Below, in pieces: positions 1 to 6,910 of a stretch of 23,148 bases of DNA. The position numbers and the translations under genes are program-made. The stretch is from NCBI GenBank assembly GCA_964584035.1, contig CAZOYL010000021.1:1-23148 (forward strand), written 5' to 3'. The notes beneath the pieces are model-generated. The model worked only from the letters and a program-made list of their open reading frames with translations, was not told where the DNA came from and made no database searches. The stretch is from an uncultured Gemmatimonadota bacterium (lineage in GTDB: Bacteria > SM23-81). The first letter of the stretch is position 1. Each line of letters opens with the position of its first letter.

Positions 1-25
1 GTTCAGGATCAACCTTTGCTCTCAC
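1..25 (-). CDS. 5' end of a gene running off the window (MRAKVDPE...), possibly a small ferredoxin
   Basis: Strong SD AAAGGAGGT followed by GTG at 25-23. The 8 visible codons resemble the MKAxVDxExC start of small 4Fe-4S/3Fe-4S ferredoxins, but no cysteines are inside the window. Confidence 0.4.
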
Positions 26-91
26 AGAAACCTCCTTTAGGAAAAGGATGACGCGTTTCCAGGCACAGGTGATGGCGTGCCATATCTCCAA

Positions 92-181
92 TGGTGCCGA
101 GGGCCGGACTCGAACCGGCACGGAAGATAACTTCCAGCGGATTTTAAGTCCGCTGCGTCTACCAAATTCCGCCACCCCGGC
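92..181 (-). tRNA. tRNA-Leu (anticodon TAA), type II with long variable arm, CCA encoded
   Basis: Reverse complement GCCGGGGTGGCGGAATTTGGTAGACGCAGCGGACTTAAAATCCGCTGGAAGTTATCTTCCGTGCCGGTTCGAGTCCGGCCCTCGGCACCA. It has a 7-bp acceptor stem, anticodon arm GCGGA-CTTAAAA-TCCGC, variable stem GGAAG/CTTCC, T-loop TTCGAGT and discriminator A + CCA. Confidence 0.98.
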
Positions 182-202
182 GGGATTGAGCTTCGATTCG
201 GT

Positions 203-231
203 AATGTAATATCTGCGATAGGCGTTGTCAA
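203..231 (-). promoter_or_regulatory. sigma70-type promoter for tRNA-Leu
   Basis: Minus strand TTGACA (231-226), 17-nt spacer, TACATT (208-203), ending about 20 nt before the tRNA 5' end. Confidence 0.8.
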
Positions 232-258
232 GGAAATGTTGGCACAGGCCGGCTTTTT

Positions 259-819
259 TTAATCTGCGATCGGCGCACTGGCAGTGGCATTGCGCGGACC
301 AAGCCTTTTCCCAGCCTTGTATAATTCCCGGATCTTCAGAAAGATCTTCTCGTATTGCCCCGTCTTGAAATCGGGAAAGCTCCATGGGTAGGGCAAAAAA
401 TGACCTTTCTCATAGTGCAGGGTGGGATCGGCATAGATGCCATCGGACAGGTAGATCTTCTGGCCGTTGCACTTGGCCGAGGCCAGGACCACCTTGCAGA
501 CGTCCATGTAGCCGCAGTCCAGATTGACCTTCCGCCGGCCGTCGATGGCCAGTTTGTCCTCGATCCGGTTGGTCCCGAGCTTGATCTCCGCCAGCCGGCC
601 CGGGTCGATCTGGTCCTCAAAAGAGAGAAAGACCCTCTGGATGTAGTCACCCATCTCGTTCTTGTAATAATCGGTCACGTCGAAGGAGATCGGCTCGCTG
701 ATGAAATCGATCGGGCCGAAGCGCTTGATCAGCGCTTCCCGAGCCTTCTCTAAAAGCGCCTCGCTGGAGTACAGCACTCCCACGAAGAGTTTGACTGCAT
801 CAGGCGCCGACGGTCTCAT
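259..819 (-). CDS. DUF4416 family protein
   Basis: 186 aa with motifs FGPID...FDVTDYYxxEMG, LAEIKLxTNxIE, RxVNLDxGY and IYLxxGIYA...WSFPDF, as I recall for DUF4416. Purine-rich SD GGGGAGAAGG before the ATG. Confidence 0.8.
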   Translation of the reverse strand: MRPSAPDAVKLFVGVLYSSEALLEKAREALIKRFGPIDFISEPISFDVTDYYKNEMGDYIQRVFLSFEDQIDPGRLAEIKLGTNRIEDKLAIDGRRKVNLDCGYMDVCKVVLASAKCNGQKIYLSDGIYADPTLHYEKGHFLPYPWSFPDFKTGQYEKIFLKIRELYKAGKRLGPRNATASAPIAD

Positions 820-1687
820 ACCTTCTCCCCTTCAGAGTATACAGTCCCTGCCGGCGCTCCCAGACCATGTTGGTCTCCAGTGCCACCAGGGCTTGATCGA
901 CGATCTCCCTGCGGATGCCGAAGGTCTGCTCGATGGCGGCGTGATAATTGCGTTTGATGTTCACATTCCTCTTGCCCCCCGCCGTGATCTGGCGCATGAA
1001 CCGCTTGCGCACATAGACCAGCCCCTTCGGTGTCACCCGGTTGAGACAGATTCCGTGCATGGCGTTCTTGTGGAAGGAGCCTTGCCAGTATCTTAAAAAG
1101 TCCTTCGGCCCCGTGGGCTGGTCATGAAGACTATAGCGCCACTTGCGCTCCTTACCGCTGAAAGTATACAGGTGATAGGCGTCATCCTCCGGCTGATAGA
1201 AAAGCTCAACCCGGGCGAACTCGTTCCAAAACGAGAAGGGTTTTCCGGGATGCAGTTCGACAGGCCGGCCCAGCAGGTAACCGGGATCGAGCAGGTATTT
1301 GACGTCGCCGATCCGCGCCACCAGGGCGCAGTGGATATTGCGCCCGGCCCGCATGTGAGCCATCACCGGATAGCAGTCAATGCCGTTCTGGACGAGAATA
1401 GCCTGCAGGGTATAGGTCAGGGAGAAACAGGTCCCTCCCAGACCGTCCCGCAGATGATCCTCGACTACTTCATCGGGCAGCCGGATCTGCTGGGAACCAT
1501 CCAAATGATCGCTCAGCTTGATGATCTTGCTGATGTTCTCGTAGGGATATTGAGAGAAGGCCGCGACGATCTTTTCCAGGAAATCCCGTCCCGGGGTGCT
1601 CTTTTTCAGGCCGGCGGCCCTCATGAAGGCCATCGGGCCATCCATATGCGCGCGCGGATCGAGCATCATTGCCCTGCCTTCTGCCAT
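800..1687 (-). CDS. arylamine N-acetyltransferase family protein (Cys-His-Asp triad)
   Basis: 295 aa with PYENI, GLGGTCF (catalytic Cys), NIHCALV (His) and YLLDPGY (Asp). SD GAGG at 1698-1695. The 3' end overlaps the DUF4416 start by 20 nt. Confidence 0.85.
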   Translation of the reverse strand: MAEGRAMMLDPRAHMDGPMAFMRAAGLKKSTPGRDFLEKIVAAFSQYPYENISKIIKLSDHLDGSQQIRLPDEVVEDHLRDGLGGTCFSLTYTLQAILVQNGIDCYPVMAHMRAGRNIHCALVARIGDVKYLLDPGYLLGRPVELHPGKPFSFWNEFARVELFYQPEDDAYHLYTFSGKERKWRYSLHDQPTGPKDFLRYWQGSFHKNAMHGICLNRVTPKGLVYVRKRFMRQITAGGKRNVNIKRNYHAAIEQTFGIRREIVDQALVALETNMVWERRQGLYTLKGRRYETVGA

Positions 1688-1698
1688 TTGGATTCCTC

Positions 1699-1740
1699 TA
1701 CTAGCTACTTGCTGCTCACGGCCGACTGCTCACGGCCGAC
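1699..1740. repeat. six degenerate tandem heptamers, including an exact 14-bp duplication
   Basis: Plus strand TACTAGC TACTTGC TGCTCAC GGCCGAC TGCTCAC GGCCGAC. Every unit fits K-R-C-Y-N-R-C. Confidence 0.8.
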
Positions 1741-1767
1741 AGGCGTTTTACGAACACAAAGACCGTC

Positions 1768-1977
1768 TCAGGTTTCAATGATCCTGACATGCACCGCCCG
1801 GTCGCCCTTGGTCTCCCTGCGCATGTCGAAGCCCACTCTTTGCCCTTCCTGCAGCCGCTTCTCCTTCACTCTGGGATCCAGATCGCTGACGTGGACGAAC
1901 AGGTCCTCGTCGTCGTCGGAGAGGATAAAGCCGAACCCTTTGTGTTCATCCCACATGCGAACCGTGCCGTATTTCAT
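1768..1977 (-). CDS. cold-shock domain protein (CspA family)
   Basis: 69 aa with GTVRMW, RNP1 KGFGFI, RNP2 LFVH and LQEGQRV...GDRAVHV. SD-like AAGGCGGT. Confidence 0.95.
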   Translation of the reverse strand: MKYGTVRMWDEHKGFGFILSDDDEDLFVHVSDLDPRVKEKRLQEGQRVGFDMRRETKGDRAVHVRIIET

Positions 1978-2000
1978 CTGAGATCACCGCCTTGATGAAT

Positions 2001-2028
2001 ATTATAGGCCATGGCCGATCACTACGAA
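2001..2028 (-). promoter_or_regulatory. possible promoter for the csp gene
   Basis: Perfect TATAAT (2006-2001) on the minus strand. The -35 is weak (TTCGTA at 16-nt spacing). Confidence 0.4.
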
Positions 2029-2059
2029 GAACATGCAGCGATCGAGGACGCCCCTTTAT

Positions 2060-2563
2060 CTATCGAGAAAATCTCCCATCTGACCGCTTGTTCCTCCCAT
2101 CTTTTCCCATCTTGCCTGAAATCCAGCCGTCGCTGGCCTCAGGGTGGGCGTCGATGGCTGGAATATAGGGTTTGATGTCCAGCAACGGAGTGCCATCGAG
2201 CATGTCCACCCCGGCGATGTCCAGACGATTATCCTGGCGCCGGATCAACTGTACCACGGTCATCCCGACGGGATTGGGCCGTTTCGGCGCCCGGATGGAG
2301 AACAGCCCCCGCGGCGTCTCCTCCAGGAAAGGTCTGGCGACCAGGCGATATCCCTCGCTGCGGTGAAAAACATACAGCAGGATTATATGCGAGAATCCCT
2401 CTACGTCCCGGAGCCCATCGGCATATTCCGGGAACACATCGATCCATCCCCTGGTCTCCGGAGCCAGGGCTCCCTGAATGGGCATGCCCTCCTGCATCTT
2501 GAACGGCGTGTGGATGATCCCGATGCTACGGAAGGTATAGAGGTCGCCCCTTTTTTTGGTCAT
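2060..2563 (-). CDS. tsaA: TrmO/TsaA-family SAM-binding protein (tRNA t6A37 N6-methyltransferase-like), single domain
   Basis: 167 aa with IGIIHTPF, GLRDVEGFSHIILLYVFH, GLFSIRAPKRPNPVG and GVDMLDGTPLLDIKPY. SD GGGGAG. Confidence 0.9.
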   Translation of the reverse strand: MTKKRGDLYTFRSIGIIHTPFKMQEGMPIQGALAPETRGWIDVFPEYADGLRDVEGFSHIILLYVFHRSEGYRLVARPFLEETPRGLFSIRAPKRPNPVGMTVVQLIRRQDNRLDIAGVDMLDGTPLLDIKPYIPAIDAHPEASDGWISGKMGKDGRNKRSDGRFSR

Positions 2564-2601
2564 ATTCGATCTCTCCCCTATGGATGATTCTGATTAAGCC
2601 C

Positions 2602-2630
2602 AAAATAGCCCGCTTTATTCAACCTGTCAA
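2602..2630 (-). promoter_or_regulatory. sigma70-type promoter for tsaA (and possibly csp-NAT-DUF4416)
   Basis: Minus strand TTGACA (2630-2625), 17-nt spacer, TATTTT (2607-2602). Confidence 0.7.
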
Positions 2631-2677
2631 GGGAAAAGCTCCCGGCCCGATCGCCTTACTGCAGAAGCATATTATCC

Positions 2678-2707
2678 TTGCGTCAGGTCGATGGTTGTGG
2701 CTATCTT
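2678..2707 (+). promoter_or_regulatory. possible sigma70-type promoter for the nitroreductase
   Basis: TTGCGT (2678-2683), 18-nt spacer, TATCTT (2702-2707), upstream of the SD at 2741. Confidence 0.4.
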
Positions 2708-2753
2708 TCCGCCGAATCGTGCAAAACACTTCATCGATCTGGAGGAAATCTCA

Positions 2754-3578
2754 ATGAAAAAACTCACCCCCGGGATTTTTTTCAAGAAGCTTATCAGGAT
2801 CCTGCGCAACCGCCCTCAGATCCCCGCATCCCTTCGGGACAATCAACTGCTGCAGACCATCCTCAAACGGCGCAGCATTCGTTCCTTTACCAAACGCCAG
2901 ATCCCCGAGGATGTCTGGGCGGCCGTTTTAGAGGCCGGACGGGTGGCGCCTTCGACCGTCAACCTGCAGACCTGGACATTCATCACCTTCACTCCGGAAC
3001 AATGGCGTCAGACTTTTAACCGTCCCCTGCCCTTCAGCGGCCAGAGAGCCATCATCATCTTCGGAGACGTTCACCGGAATCAAAAAGTCATCGATATCTT
3101 TCCCAGCAGTCCATTGGTGGAATATACCGTGGCCACCATGAACGCTTCGCTGGCCGCCATGAATATGAACATCGCCGCCGAGTCGCTGGGTGTCCGTTCG
3201 GTGATGCTTTCAGAAACGGGTCAGAGCGGATTTTTCCACGCGCACTATTTAAAAGACACCCTTGCCCTTCCGCCCGGGGTGTATCCTCTGATGACGATCG
3301 TGTTCGGGTATGCCAAGATCCCTTTCGCTCCCATGCCGCCCAGGATGCCCCTCGGCCAGATCTGCGGTCAAGCCCATTATCCTCAGGACGATCAAAAGAT
3401 CCTGGAGGACTGGCTCCTGGAGATGAAGGCCGGCTTCAAGGCCGCCCGTCCGATGTGGTCCTTCGAGGGGCAACTGCGCTATTACCGTGAAAATATCATG
3501 CGAGCGGAGAAGGAGTTAAGATCGCTGATCTATCATCAAGACCATGAGGGTCTCAACGATAACAGCGATTCATCGTGA
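2754..3578 (+). CDS. nitroreductase / flavin oxidoreductase, NfsA/FRP-like
   Basis: RRSIRSF, APSTVNLQTWTFI, AAMNMNIAAESLG, LPPGVYPLMTIVFGY and PPRMP. Start moved from 2691 to the ATG at 2754 because GGAGG (2741-2745) lies 8 nt upstream; 274 aa. Confidence 0.88.
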   Translation: MKKLTPGIFFKKLIRILRNRPQIPASLRDNQLLQTILKRRSIRSFTKRQIPEDVWAAVLEAGRVAPSTVNLQTWTFITFTPEQWRQTFNRPLPFSGQRAIIIFGDVHRNQKVIDIFPSSPLVEYTVATMNASLAAMNMNIAAESLGVRSVMLSETGQSGFFHAHYLKDTLALPPGVYPLMTIVFGYAKIPFAPMPPRMPLGQICGQAHYPQDDQKILEDWLLEMKAGFKAARPMWSFEGQLRYYRENIMRAEKELRSLIYHQDHEGLNDNSDSS

Positions 3579-3615
3579 ACCGCACCACTGCAATTTATCA
3601 CAGTATATATAGCGT

Positions 3616-3642
3616 CAGGGGCGGGTTTACGACCCGCCCCTG
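3616..3642. repeat. perfect GC-rich palindrome between convergent genes (REP-like or bidirectional terminator)
   Basis: CAGGGGCGGGT-ttacg-ACCCGCCCCTG: 11-bp stem, 5-nt loop, no clean U-tract on either strand. Confidence 0.8.
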
Positions 3643-3750
3643 CAATTTCAATCTCCTGCTTCGATGTTTTCAACGATACATTTTCTTCTCGAACTCCACA
3701 CGCTCTCTATCTCGCCCCGATAGTCGCCGCCTGACGTTTCTTCCCGATTC

Positions 3751-6700
3751 CTATTGAGGATCGTTCGACTCCACCGTGCCGGCGGGCCCCTCCTCCGTTT
3801 TCTCGCGATGGACAATCCACAGCAGCCGGCCGCGCACCCAGGCGGCGAAGGCATCGGTGTAGGTATAGATCACCGGAATAATAATCAGGGTCAGCAGCGT
3901 GGACACCGTCAGACCGCCGATGACGGCCACGGCCATGGGAGCTCTGACTTCCGATCCCTCGCCGACGCCGATAGCCAGCGGAGTCAATCCCAGAATGGTG
4001 GTCAGGGCGGTCAGCAGAATGGGCCGCAGGCGGACACTCCCGGCTTTGATCAGGGCCTCCCGGCAGCTCAGGCCGCCCTGTTGTCCGCGGCGGACGTAAT
4101 CCAGCAAAACGATGGCGTTATTCACCACGATGCCCACCAGCATGACGACACCGATCATGGCATTGACCGTGATGGTCATGCCCGTAATCAGGTGAGCGAT
4201 GAACAGGGCGATCAGGGCGCCGGTGATGGCGAAGGGGATGGAAAACATGATGGTAAAGGGATGCATGAAGGACTCGAACAGGGCCGCCATGATCATGTAC
4301 ACCAGCAAAGCGGCAAACAGAAAATCGATGATCAGATCCTGCATCGATTCCCGGAGATCCTCATCCTCGCCGGTATATCCCAGCAGATAGCCATCGGGCA
4401 GCCGCAGACCGGAAAGATCCCGGCGTACATCGGCCATGGTGCTGCGCAGGTCTCTTCCGCCGATGTCACCGCCCACCCAGGCAACGCGCATCTGATTCTC
4501 GCGAAACAGTTTATCTGCGGATTGCCCGTACTGTATAACGGCCACCTGCCGCAGCGGCAGGTCGAATCCCAGCGGGGAGCGGATCATCACGTTTCCCAGC
4601 TCCTCGATCTCGTCCCGCTGGTTCTCCTTCAGCCATACTCGTATGTCAATCTCGGTACCGTACTTCTCCACCCGCGTGGCCACCTTGCCCATCAGGGCCG
4701 TCTGAACGGTCTGGCCGATCTGTAAGGCGCCCAGCCCGAGATTAGCCGCCTTCTCGCGGTCGATCAGCCAGCTGATCTCCGGATGTGCTTCCTCGATGCT
4801 GCTGCTGGTTCCCTTAATGCCCGGAACACGGCTCAGCCGGTCCTCGATCTGTCCGGCCAGATCCTTGAGCACCTCGTATTCGTGACCGCTGATCTTGATC
4901 TCCACATCGCCATAAGTGCTGCTCTGCATCTGGTTCATGGCGGCCACCTGAAACGTGCCTCCACTCCAGTGCTTCAGAGTGTCGCGCAGGGTGTTGACCA
5001 CCCCCATGGTGGTCACATCTCTCTTGTCCAGGTCCACCAGACGGATCATCATGGTACCCACGTTGGGCACCCGGTCGGTGGTCACGTCCCCGGCCTCACC
5101 GCCCATGTCGAAGACCGTCTCGACGTACGGTAATTCCATAAGATATTCCGACAGGCCGCCGATCACGTCCATGGTCTCCTCCAGCGGGGACCCGGCCGGC
5201 AGGGTAACATAGATCTGGAACAGCCCGCTGTCGGAGTCGGGCATGAAATTGGCGCCGATGACCGGGATCAGCAGGAGGGAGACCAGGAACAGGAGCCCGG
5301 CCAGCAGCAGGGTGCGGATGCGGTGGCGCAGCGCGGTATTCAGTACTCGTAGATACAGCCGCCGTATCGGCTCGATGAAGCTCTGGGCTTTCACGATCCT
5401 GGCGGTGGCCTTCTGATTGAGCAGCTTGGCGGAGATCATCGGCACCAGCGTAAGCGCCACCACCAGGCTGGCCGTCAGAGAAAACGTGATGCTGGCCGCC
5501 AGCTGGCCGAAGAAGATCTTGACCACGCCCTGGGTGAACAAGATGGGAATGAAGATAACCATGGTGGTCAGCGTCGAGGCGGTAATGGCCATGGCCACCT
5601 GGGCGGCGCCTTTTCGGGAGGCCGTATCGCGATCCTCGCCGTCCTGCAGCCGCCGGTAGATATTCTCCAGGACCACGATGGAATTATCCACCAGCATGCC
5701 GACCCCGATGGCCAGACCGCCCAGAGAGATGATATTAATCGAGATGTCCAGGAAATACAGTGGAAAGAAGGTGATCATCACCGAAATCGGTATGGCCGTT
5801 CCGATAATGAATGAAGCCCGGTAGCTGCGCAGGAACAGAAACAACACCAGCACGGCCAGGATGGCGCCGAACAGGGCGGCATCCCTCACATTCTTCACCG
5901 ACTGCTCGATATACTCGGCCGAGTCGAACAGCTCGCTCATGCCCACATCCGATGGAAGCCGCCGGCCGATCTCGGCCAGCTCTTTGCGCACCTTCTGGGA
6001 GACCTGTACGGTGTTGGCATCGGACTGCTTCATGACGGCAATAACGGTGCTGTTCTTCCCCTGCATCCGGGCGAAGGCGGTTTCCTCGACCGGGGCATAG
6101 ATCACCGTAGCCACATCGCGAAGCCGAACCGGTTTGCCCCTGGCTATGGTGACCACCACGTTCTTAATATCCTCGAGGTCCTCGAATTCACCCCGCGAGG
6201 TGACCTGATAATCCCGCCCCCCCTCCACGATGTGGCCCGAGCTGACATCCAGATTCTCGGCCCGGAGCTGCTGAACCAACTGGTCCAGGGACAGTCCCAC
6301 GCCAACCAGTTTTTTCTGATCGACCAGCACGGAGATTTCCCGGAATCCCCCACCCCACACCAGTACCGATCCCACGCCATCAAGCTGTTCCAGATATGGT
6401 TGCACCAGATCCTCAGCCATCTTGCGGAGCTCGCGCATGGACCTTTTTTCGCTGTTGAATCCATACACGGACACCGGGATGCCGGTGGGATCGTATTTCA
6501 ACAGCATAGGATTTTCCATCCCCTCGGGAAGGAAATCCTCTTTGTACTGCTCGATCATCTCGCGGATATCGGTCATGGCTTGATCGAGGTCCGTGCCCCA
6601 CTCGAACTCCATCTGCATGGAGCAGTTGCCCTGCCGGGAGGTCGAGCTCACGTTCTTGATGCCGGCGGCACGGCTGACGGCCATCTCCAGGGGTTTGGTA

Positions 6701-6888
6701 ACCAGCTTCTCGACCTCTTCGGGTCCCACCCCGGGATAATTCGCCGAGAGAAAGATGACCGGCATTTCGATATCTGGAATCAGCTCGACGGGCAGTTTCC
6801 TCAGAGAAACCAGCCCCAGAGCCACGAATACCATGATGATCATGGTGATGGCTACCGGTCTCTTGACGGAAAAATCTGATAGGAACAT
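3751..6888 (-). CDS. RND efflux permease, AcrB/AcrD/AcrF family
   Basis: 1045 aa. N-terminus FSVKRPV, then YPGVGPEEVE, TM4 GMLVDNSIVVLENI, ALFESFMHPFTIM and RLRPILLTALTT. Confidence 0.96.
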   Translation of the reverse strand: MFLSDFSVKRPVAITMIIMVFVALGLVSLRKLPVELIPDIEMPVIFLSANYPGVGPEEVEKLVTKPLEMAVSRAAGIKNVSSTSRQGNCSMQMEFEWGTDLDQAMTDIREMIEQYKEDFLPEGMENPMLLKYDPTGIPVSVYGFNSEKRSMRELRKMAEDLVQPYLEQLDGVGSVLVWGGGFREISVLVDQKKLVGVGLSLDQLVQQLRAENLDVSSGHIVEGGRDYQVTSRGEFEDLEDIKNVVVTIARGKPVRLRDVATVIYAPVEETAFARMQGKNSTVIAVMKQSDANTVQVSQKVRKELAEIGRRLPSDVGMSELFDSAEYIEQSVKNVRDAALFGAILAVLVLFLFLRSYRASFIIGTAIPISVMITFFPLYFLDISINIISLGGLAIGVGMLVDNSIVVLENIYRRLQDGEDRDTASRKGAAQVAMAITASTLTTMVIFIPILFTQGVVKIFFGQLAASITFSLTASLVVALTLVPMISAKLLNQKATARIVKAQSFIEPIRRLYLRVLNTALRHRIRTLLLAGLLFLVSLLLIPVIGANFMPDSDSGLFQIYVTLPAGSPLEETMDVIGGLSEYLMELPYVETVFDMGGEAGDVTTDRVPNVGTMMIRLVDLDKRDVTTMGVVNTLRDTLKHWSGGTFQVAAMNQMQSSTYGDVEIKISGHEYEVLKDLAGQIEDRLSRVPGIKGTSSSIEEAHPEISWLIDREKAANLGLGALQIGQTVQTALMGKVATRVEKYGTEIDIRVWLKENQRDEIEELGNVMIRSPLGFDLPLRQVAVIQYGQSADKLFRENQMRVAWVGGDIGGRDLRSTMADVRRDLSGLRLPDGYLLGYTGEDEDLRESMQDLIIDFLFAALLVYMIMAALFESFMHPFTIMFSIPFAITGALIALFIAHLITGMTITVNAMIGVVMLVGIVVNNAIVLLDYVRRGQQGGLSCREALIKAGSVRLRPILLTALTTILGLTPLAIGVGEGSEVRAPMAVAVIGGLTVSTLLTLIIIPVIYTYTDAFAAWVRGRLLWIVHREKTEEGPAGTVESNDPQ

Positions 6889-6910
6889 CTTCGCCCCTCG
6901 CTTGGCGTGT

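Noticed and set aside
1..181. Genomic island or prophage integrated at tRNA-Leu
   Set aside because: No integrase, and I noticed no duplicated tRNA 3' end in the window. An ordinary gene start follows the tRNA.
37..231. 64-aa minus-strand ORF
   Set aside because: It runs through the tRNA-Leu gene, and its TTG start is the promoter -35 box.
1699..1740. CRISPR or mini-array reading of the tandem repeat
   Set aside because: Units are 7/14 bp with no spacers, and there are no cas genes.
1124..1981. 285-aa plus-strand ORF
   Set aside because: Antisense shadow of the NAT and csp genes, with no recognisable motifs.
92..2563. TsaA/TrmO modifying the neighbouring tRNA-Leu(TAA)
   Set aside because: TrmO acts on t6A37 of ANN-decoding tRNAs. 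This tRNA has A36-A37-A38, the MiaA (i6A) signature.
92..3578. bldA-like control through rare TTA codons (at least three in the nitroreductase)
   Set aside because: TTA also occurs in rpsD, and GC content is only moderately high. No support without genome-wide codon counts.
3575..3854. Small ORFs 3575-3757 (+) and 3648-3854 (-)
   Set aside because: No convincing SD or motifs. One crosses the palindrome and the other overlaps the RND 3' end.
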